From contig CAWKNZ010000002.1 in assembly GCA_963851265.1 (NCBI GenBank), positions 224,001 to 288,000 on the forward strand: DNA of 64,000 nucleotides, in the 5' to 3' direction. The position numbers and the translations under genes were made by a program. This document shows positions 58,834-64,000 of this stretch, piece after piece. Each line of letters opens with the position of its first letter. The first letter of the stretch is position 1. Origin of the DNA: an uncultured Gemmatimonadales bacterium (lineage in GTDB: Bacteria; Gemmatimonadota; Gemmatimonadetes; Gemmatimonadales; Gemmatimonadaceae). Under the pieces are notes generated by a model. That model made no database searches and was not told the DNA's origin. It saw only the letters and a program-made list of their open reading frames with translations.

Positions 58834-59733
58834 TCAGCCTAACGAATCGCCGGTGGGGCGGCACGCGAGGGTCTGCGTGCCGCCCCACCGCGCGCCCGGG
58901 GCCACCGCGACCGGCTCGGCCGCCGCGGCCTCGACGCACACGTAGCGCTGCCAGCCCCCGGGCTCGAGGTCGGCGAGGGCCGCCGCGCGCGCGGCACCCG
59001 GGTTCCACACGACGACGTCGCGGAACCCCGTCTGCGCGACGCGGGTCGCGCGGCGGAGGGCCGCGTCGTCGAGCGTGACCGGGCCGGGGACGTGGAAGTA
59101 GAGGTGGTCCACCTCGCCCGCGAGCCCGAGCGGCGCGCCCCGCGGCGCGAGCGGCGCCCCGCCCGCGGCCGTGTCGCGCCCGCCGACCGCCTCGAGCCCG
59201 CGGACCCGCGCCGCGCCGGCGTCTCCCACGCGCAGGTACGTGTGCAGCGCGCCGGTGAACGCGAACGGCGCGTCGCCCGGGTTCTCGACGGCGAGCGTGA
59301 GGGCGAGCGCGTCGCCGGCCACGCGAACGGTCAGCTCCAGACGGAACGCGTGCGGCCAGCGCGCCCGCGTCTCGGCGTCGAGGTCCGCGTCGGTGAGGGC
59401 GAGCACGGCTTCGGCCGCGCCGTCCGCGGTGCCGCCGACCATGCCGCTGCGGACCACGCGCCAGGGGCGGGTGCGCGCGAAGCCGTGGCGGATGGACGGG
59501 CCCGGGCCGGCGACGATGTCGCTGAACTGCGGAAAGATCACCGGCACCCCGCCGCGCACCGCGGCGCCCGCGCGGTACTCGGAGCGCTCGCTCACGAACA
59601 GGCGTTCGGCGGCGCCGCCCGGCGCGTCGGGCGCGGGCGTCCACGACACGACGTGGGCGCCGTAGGGCAGCACGGCGGCGCGTGCGCCGTCGGCGGCGGC
59701 GAGGACGAGGGGTGTGAACGGCGTGTCGGACAT
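58834..59733 (-). CDS. D-hexose-6-phosphate mutarotase (aldose epimerase family)
   Basis: GAHVVSW, RGGVPVIFPQF, HGFAR, ALHTY, VVWNP, YVCVE. Confidence 0.93.
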   Translation of the reverse strand: MSDTPFTPLVLAAADGARAAVLPYGAHVVSWTPAPDAPGGAAERLFVSERSEYRAGAAVRGGVPVIFPQFSDIVAGPGPSIRHGFARTRPWRVVRSGMVGGTADGAAEAVLALTDADLDAETRARWPHAFRLELTVRVAGDALALTLAVENPGDAPFAFTGALHTYLRVGDAGAARVRGLEAVGGRDTAAGGAPLAPRGAPLGLAGEVDHLYFHVPGPVTLDDAALRRATRVAQTGFRDVVVWNPGAARAAALADLEPGGWQRYVCVEAAAAEPVAVAPGARWGGTQTLACRPTGDSLG

Positions 59734-59782
59734 GGGCAGTGGGGCGCGTCGGGGGCGTGTGCGTGCGGCCGGCCGCCAGCCC

Positions 59783-59975
59783 TTGCGAGAGGCGTGCGCG
59801 CGACTAGCTTTCGGACTGCGACACATGCGCACCGCGCATCCACCGCCGACGGACAGGGGCCCTCGCTCTCGCGAGGGCCCTTCGTGTTTCGGAGGATCCG
59901 GACCGGTCTGCACGGCGCTCGCGTTGCGGCGCCCCGCGTTGGGGCGACGCGTTCATAACAGTACAGGATCAGCAC
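59783..59975 (+). promoter_or_regulatory. Candidate sigma70 promoter (TTGCGA-16 bp-TAGCTT) and long structured 5' UTR of the cold-shock gene
   Basis: Hairpins ATGCGC/GCGCAT (59825-59839) and GGGCCCTCGC/GCGAGGGCCC (59857-59880); csp genes typically have long leaders. Confidence 0.55.
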
Positions 59976-60182
59976 ATGCGTACGACCGGCACCGTCAAGT
60001 GGTTCAACGACACCAAGGGCTTCGGCTTCATCACGCCCGAGAACGGCACGAAGGATTGCTTCGTCCATCACTCGGCCATCCAGAAGCAGGGCTACAAGAG
60101 CCTCGCCGAGGGTGAGCGTGTGGAGTTCGACATCGTGCAGGGCCAGAAGGGCCCCGCCGCCGAGAACGTGGTCACGATCTGA
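59976..60182 (+). CDS. cspA: Cold-shock protein
   Basis: GTVKWFN..KGFGFI (RNP1), FVHHS (RNP2), [10 protein letters not shown]. Confidence 0.96.
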   Translation: MRTTGTVKWFNDTKGFGFITPENGTKDCFVHHSAIQKQGYKSLAEGERVEFDIVQGQKGPAAENVVTI

Positions 60183-60220
60183 CCACGCCGCTCGGCTACC
60201 CCTTGGGGTAGTGGCCGTCA

Positions 60221-60258
60221 CGACGGGCCGGGTCGACGTACGTCGACCCGGCCCGTCG
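60221..60258. repeat. Perfect 38-bp palindrome, probably a terminator or stabilising hairpin of csp
   Basis: CGACGGGCCGGGTCGACGT|ACGTCGACCCGGCCCGTCG. Confidence 0.85.
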
Positions 60259-60309
60259 CGTCTCCGCCCCGCCCGTCCGCACGCCGCCCCTCACTCTTCC
60301 CACCCGCCC

Positions 60310-60690
60310 ATGTCCGACATGCTGCAGGAGTTCGCGTTCACCGACGGCGACCGCACGTTCACGTGCCGCGTCGAGGCCTCTCGCACGGTGCGCGCGGACG
60401 CGTGGTGGTGGTTCCACGTGTCGACCGAGCGGCACCAGCGCCACGCCCCCTTCCGCGCTGCCGCGACCGACACGTTCGACGACGTCGCGACGCGGATGGT
60501 CGCCTACTACGACGACCTGCTCGCGCGCCGCGCCGCGCCGCCGGCCACCCGCTGGCAGCGCCGGCCCGTGACGCCCGCCCCGGCTGCCGAACCCGACGCT
60601 GCCGGCCTCGCAGAGGCGGGCGTCGAGGCCGACGCGATCGCGGCCGACGCGGCCGCGTCGCTCGCGGCGGCGCACCACGACGCGGCGTAG
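60310..60690 (+). CDS. Hypothetical protein
   Basis: FAFTDGDRTFTCRVE...AWWWF...APFRA...VAYYDDLL; typical codon usage. Confidence 0.75.
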   Translation: MSDMLQEFAFTDGDRTFTCRVEASRTVRADAWWWFHVSTERHQRHAPFRAAATDTFDDVATRMVAYYDDLLARRAAPPATRWQRRPVTPAPAAEPDAAGLAEAGVEADAIAADAAASLAAAHHDAA

Positions 60691-60850
60691 CACGGCCGCT
60701 CCCGCGGGCCCGCGCACGCGGGCCCGCGCGCACAAAGACGACGGGACTTTCGTCCCGGATTGGTTGATTACCTCCGGGGCGCCTTCTACCGTACGGCACC
60801 GCCCGCCCCGCGGGCGGAGCGAACCCCGCCTCACCCGCACCTGAGTCGTA

Positions 60851-62449
60851 ATGCGTCGTCTGCGCGTCGGGATCCTGGATCTCGTGACTAACGGCCCCAC
60901 CCGGGCGCTGTACCCGCGGCTCATGAACGCCAACATGGCGAGCATCATGCCCCAGGTGCTCGCGGTCTGGTGCGAGCGCCTGGGGCACGACGTGAAGCTC
61001 GTGGTCTACACGGGCTTCGAGGACCTCGCGGCCGAACTGCCGGGCGACATGGACCTGCTGATGATCGGCGCGTTCAGCGAGACGGCGCAGCTGGCGTACG
61101 CGATCAGCAACATGTACCGCAAGCGCGGCGCGGTCACAGTGCTCGGCGGCCCGCACGCGCGCTGCTACCCCGAGGACGCGGCGCGCTACTTCGACTACGT
61201 GCTCGGGTTCACCGACGAGGCCCTGATCGGCGACGTGCTGGCCGAGTGCTCGCCGCACCGCCCCCAGGGCGTGCACCTGAGCGCGATCCGCCAGCCCGCG
61301 GGCCTGCCCGGCGTGCGCGAGCGCTGGCCGCACATCGCGGCCACGCTCAAGAAGGCGCCGACGATCAAGATCGTCCCGATGCTCGCGAGCCTCGGATGTC
61401 CGTACACGTGCGCGTTCTGCATCGACTCCACGGTCGAGCACCAGCCGTTCGGGCCCGAGCAGATGCGCGAGGACCTGACGTTCCTGCTGACGAAGATGAA
61501 GCGCCCGCGCGTCGCGTGGCACGACCCGAACTTCGCCGTGCGCTTCGACGAGACGATGGACGCGATCGAGGCGTCGGTGCCGGCCGGGCGCATCGACTTC
61601 ATCGCCGAGAGCTCGCTCTCGCTGCTGTCGGAGTCGCGCATGCCGCGGCTCGCGAAAAACGGGTTCCAGGCGCTGCTGCCGGGCGTGGAATCGTGGTTCT
61701 CGCTCGGCAACAAGTCGCGCACGGGCAAGAGCGAGGGCATCGACAAGGTGCGCCAGGTGGCCGACCACGTGAACATGGTCATGCGCCACGTGCCCTACCT
61801 GCAGGCCAACTTCGTGCTGGGCCTCGACACGGACGAGGGCGACGAGCCGTTCGAGTTGACGAAGCGCTTCGTCGATCTCGCGCCGGGCGCGTTCCCGGGC
61901 TACTCGCTGCTCTCGGCGTTCGGGCGCGCGGCGCCGCTCAACTTGGAGCTGCAGCGGGCGGGGCGCGTGCTCCCCTTCCCGCACCACTTCCTGAACAACA
62001 ACCTCGCGATGAACGTGCGGCCCAAGAACTACCAGTGGGCGCCGTTCTACGACCGCGTGGTCGACCTCGTGAAGTACACGTTCTCGAAGCGCGCCGTCGC
62101 GAAGCGCTTCGCGGCCAACCGCGGCGCGATTCCGAGCACGATGAACGTCGTGCGCGCGCTCTCGAGCGAGGGCACGGGGCGGCGGCACTACTACACGACC
62201 GTGCGCGGGCTGCTCGACACGGACGCGCAGGTGCGCGGCTACTTCGAGCAGGAGCACACGGAGCTGCCCGCGTTCTACCGCGACCGGGTCCGGCGCGACC
62301 TGGGGCCGCTGTGGGACGAGCTGCCCGCCGGCGCGCTCACGCACGATCCGACGGCGTACCTCAAGGCGGAAACGGCTCGCGCCGGCGCCGACGCCGCGGG
62401 AACGCCCGTCCTCCCCACGCCCCGCCGGCGCGTCCAGCCGGCCGCCTGA
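60851..62449 (+). CDS. B12-binding-domain radical SAM enzyme
   Basis: TVLGGPHA (cobalamin-binding-like), ASLGCPYTCAFC (CxxxCxxC), DPNF, GVES, FVLGLD. Confidence 0.9.
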   Translation: MRRLRVGILDLVTNGPTRALYPRLMNANMASIMPQVLAVWCERLGHDVKLVVYTGFEDLAAELPGDMDLLMIGAFSETAQLAYAISNMYRKRGAVTVLGGPHARCYPEDAARYFDYVLGFTDEALIGDVLAECSPHRPQGVHLSAIRQPAGLPGVRERWPHIAATLKKAPTIKIVPMLASLGCPYTCAFCIDSTVEHQPFGPEQMREDLTFLLTKMKRPRVAWHDPNFAVRFDETMDAIEASVPAGRIDFIAESSLSLLSESRMPRLAKNGFQALLPGVESWFSLGNKSRTGKSEGIDKVRQVADHVNMVMRHVPYLQANFVLGLDTDEGDEPFELTKRFVDLAPGAFPGYSLLSAFGRAAPLNLELQRAGRVLPFPHHFLNNNLAMNVRPKNYQWAPFYDRVVDLVKYTFSKRAVAKRFAANRGAIPSTMNVVRALSSEGTGRRHYYTTVRGLLDTDAQVRGYFEQEHTELPAFYRDRVRRDLGPLWDELPAGALTHDPTAYLKAETARAGADAAGTPVLPTPRRRVQPAA

Positions 62450-62484
62450 CCGGCATCTGACGGGTATCACACCCGTCCTACTCG

Positions 62485-62527
62485 CGACGCAGCCCCCGAA
62501 AGCGGTGATCTCTCGGGGGCTGCGTCG
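62485..62527. terminator. 15-bp perfect-stem hairpin between convergent genes
   Basis: CGACGCAGCCCCCGA-13 nt-TCGGGGGCTGCGTCG. Confidence 0.8.
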
Positions 62528-62557
62528 TACTCGTCGTCGGCGCGTATCAGCGCGTGA

Positions 62558-63391
62558 TCAGCGCGTGGCGACCTGCTCCGCCGTCAGGTCCTCGCCCGTG
62601 GCCTCGCCCATGGCGATGCGGAGCGGTTGCGTCACGCACGCATCGTAGCCCTCCGCACCGCACTGGACCGACGCGAACTGCTCGACCATCTGCCGCACCT
62701 TGTCGGGGTAGCTCTTGCAGCCGCGCGTGTTCGTGCCCCGCACGCACCCGTTGTAGCGCAGCAACCCCTTCACGACCGCGCTGTCGGCGGTGGCGACCTG
62801 CTCGGCGCTATCGTACAGGTAGTGGCTGAGGATGTGGATCCCGTACTGGATGTTCGTCTCGTCGCGCGTCAGGTTGCGGCCGAACAGCTTGCCGAGCGTG
62901 GGGAGCCAGACCCGCGGGACGATCTGCATCAGGCCGACGGCTCCGACGCTCGAACGCGCGTTCGACCGGAACGTGCGGTTTTCGGTGAGCAGCACGCCGA
63001 AGATGAGGGCCGGCGGCAGGCGGCGCCGGTACGCCTCGCGCACCGCGAAGGTGGCGACCGACTGCGCGCGGGTCGAATCGATGCGCCCGGTGTTCAGCAA
63101 GTCACGCACAAAGGCCAGGCGGTCGGTCTCGAACCGTGGCGACTGCATCGCCACGTCGGCGTCCTCGGTCGCGGCCCAGGGCGCTCGGGCGGAGGCGGAG
63201 TCGCGCCACGTCGCGGTGGACGCGACGAGGTGGGCCAGGGCGGGTTCGCGCCCCACGTAGACCGGGCGGACCGACGAAACCGCGGCGGCCATGGACACGA
63301 CGGCGCCGGCGGCGAGGGCGAGTTGCTGGGTCACGCGCGAGCTGCCAATGGAACGCAGGCGCGCGGTCAAACTAGGTAGTACGAAGGGCAA
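62558..63391 (-). CDS. Lytic transglycosylase (SLT domain), exported
   Basis: VLLTEN (catalytic E), SSVGAVGLMQI, NIQYG, RYNG; GAGGAG RBS before TTG 63391. Confidence 0.88.
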   Translation of the reverse strand: MPFVLPSLTARLRSIGSSRVTQQLALAAGAVVSMAAAVSSVRPVYVGREPALAHLVASTATWRDSASARAPWAATEDADVAMQSPRFETDRLAFVRDLLNTGRIDSTRAQSVATFAVREAYRRRLPPALIFGVLLTENRTFRSNARSSVGAVGLMQIVPRVWLPTLGKLFGRNLTRDETNIQYGIHILSHYLYDSAEQVATADSAVVKGLLRYNGCVRGTNTRGCKSYPDKVRQMVEQFASVQCGAEGYDACVTQPLRIAMGEATGEDLTAEQVATR

Positions 63392-64000
63392 GGGACGCGT
63401 CTCCTCACGCGGCTCGTCCGTTCGGAGCGCAAGGACCGGTCGCACGCACGGTCATCGCGCCCCGCCGGACGGGCGGGGTCGTCGGTCTGAAACGCGGCCG
63501 GCTGGACCACATCACGCGCGAGCACCGCCACCGGATGTGGCGTGCACGTGATGCGTATGCCGGCCGCGAGGGCCGATGCCGCAACCGACCTTCCGGGTCG
63601 GCGTCGCGCGGCGTGTCGTCGTTAATGCCGGTGCGCGGGTGGTCTCGCGCGCCGTGGACGACAGGGGTTGGGGGTGCGACCGTCCAGCGTCGGGGCGCGC
63701 GTCGCACGCAGCGCAGCCCCTCGGCGTTCAGGTCGCGTGGGCCTTATGTCACGTCGGCCCGCGTCGTTGATGTGGGGGTGAACCTAGTCCAGCCCGTTTT
63801 GGGGGGGACCGTCCGGCGTCCGCCGTTTCCACATACCCTTGACCGATCGGTCAGAACGGGCGCAAATGGTCGTGCGGCGACTGGTTGCGGGTACTTTGCA
63901 TGGCCCGACCAACCGGGACCGCCGCACCCCCGCTGCTCCGCCGTGATGTCGTTCCCCGCCGCGCGCCCGCTGACCGCCGACCGTCCGAGCGCTCCACCGG

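Larger units (their letters stand above)
5329..58843. repeat. Dispersed heptamer GTTAGGC/GCCTAAC, 27 copies by hand count
   Basis: Starts: 5329, 5424, 16394, 17215, 17563, 18753, 20854, 21213, 24013, 25952, 27456, 28749, 30478, 33623, 34536, 35340, 39901, 43821, 49982, 50341, 51006, 54483, 55308, 55860, 56355, 58811, 58837. Confidence 0.9.

Noticed and set aside
5329..58843. bldA-like translational control by TTA codons as the explanation of the heptamer
   Set aside because: The motif also occurs as CCT-AAC, in stop codons and between genes, so it is not tied to the Leu frame
5329..58843. TTAGGC as a telomere-type repeat
   Set aside because: Copies are single, dispersed and embedded in bacterial genes; there are no tandem arrays
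63855..63895. GGGCGCAAA...GGTTGC resembling a c-di-GMP-I riboswitch
   Set aside because: Lacks the upstream GGCAAA/GNRA hairpin and the receptor stem
1..64000. Many long R/A/P/G-rich ORFs in the track (e.g. 8391-11300, 13518-16079, 45698-48904, 52062-54488)
   Set aside because: These are shadow ORFs antisense or off-frame to recognisable genes, expected at this GC content where stop codons are rare

Overview
This is a very GC-rich (roughly 75% by eye) bacterial chromosomal segment. A PEP-CTERM protein, lipoproteins, a TolC/RND pump and many secreted peptidases point to a diderm. The gene style and small orphan proteins suggest Gemmatimonadota (inference, not searched). It holds about 50 protein-coding genes; I found no rRNA, tRNA, CRISPR array or mobile element. 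Contents: an MCP-less CheB/CheR/PAS signalling cluster (1-7.2 kb), serine-pathway genes, a TetR-TolC/MFP/RND efflux operon, metabolic and peptidase genes, a class II photolyase, c-di-GMP enzymes, a Crp regulator, a cold-shock gene, a B12 radical SAM enzyme and a lytic transglycosylase. Five observations stand out. (1) The non-palindromic heptamer GTTAGGC/GCCTAAC occurs 27 times by hand count, in several reading frames, in stop codons and between genes, and it forces rare TTA codons. (2) A ZU5-like lipoprotein ends in an HFS autoproteolysis motif directly upstream of a TPR-HD-GYP protein, a candidate peptide-signalling pair. (3) There is a candidate (glyco)sphingolipid locus: SPT-like enzyme, AUR1/PAP2-like protein, SDR, GNAT and two PIG-A-like GT4 enzymes. 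(4) TetR and TolC are fused in frame. (5) Short tandem duplications are pervasive, including two that break a deacetylase-flippase junction. Start codons were chosen by eye, and family calls come from recognised motifs, not database searches.
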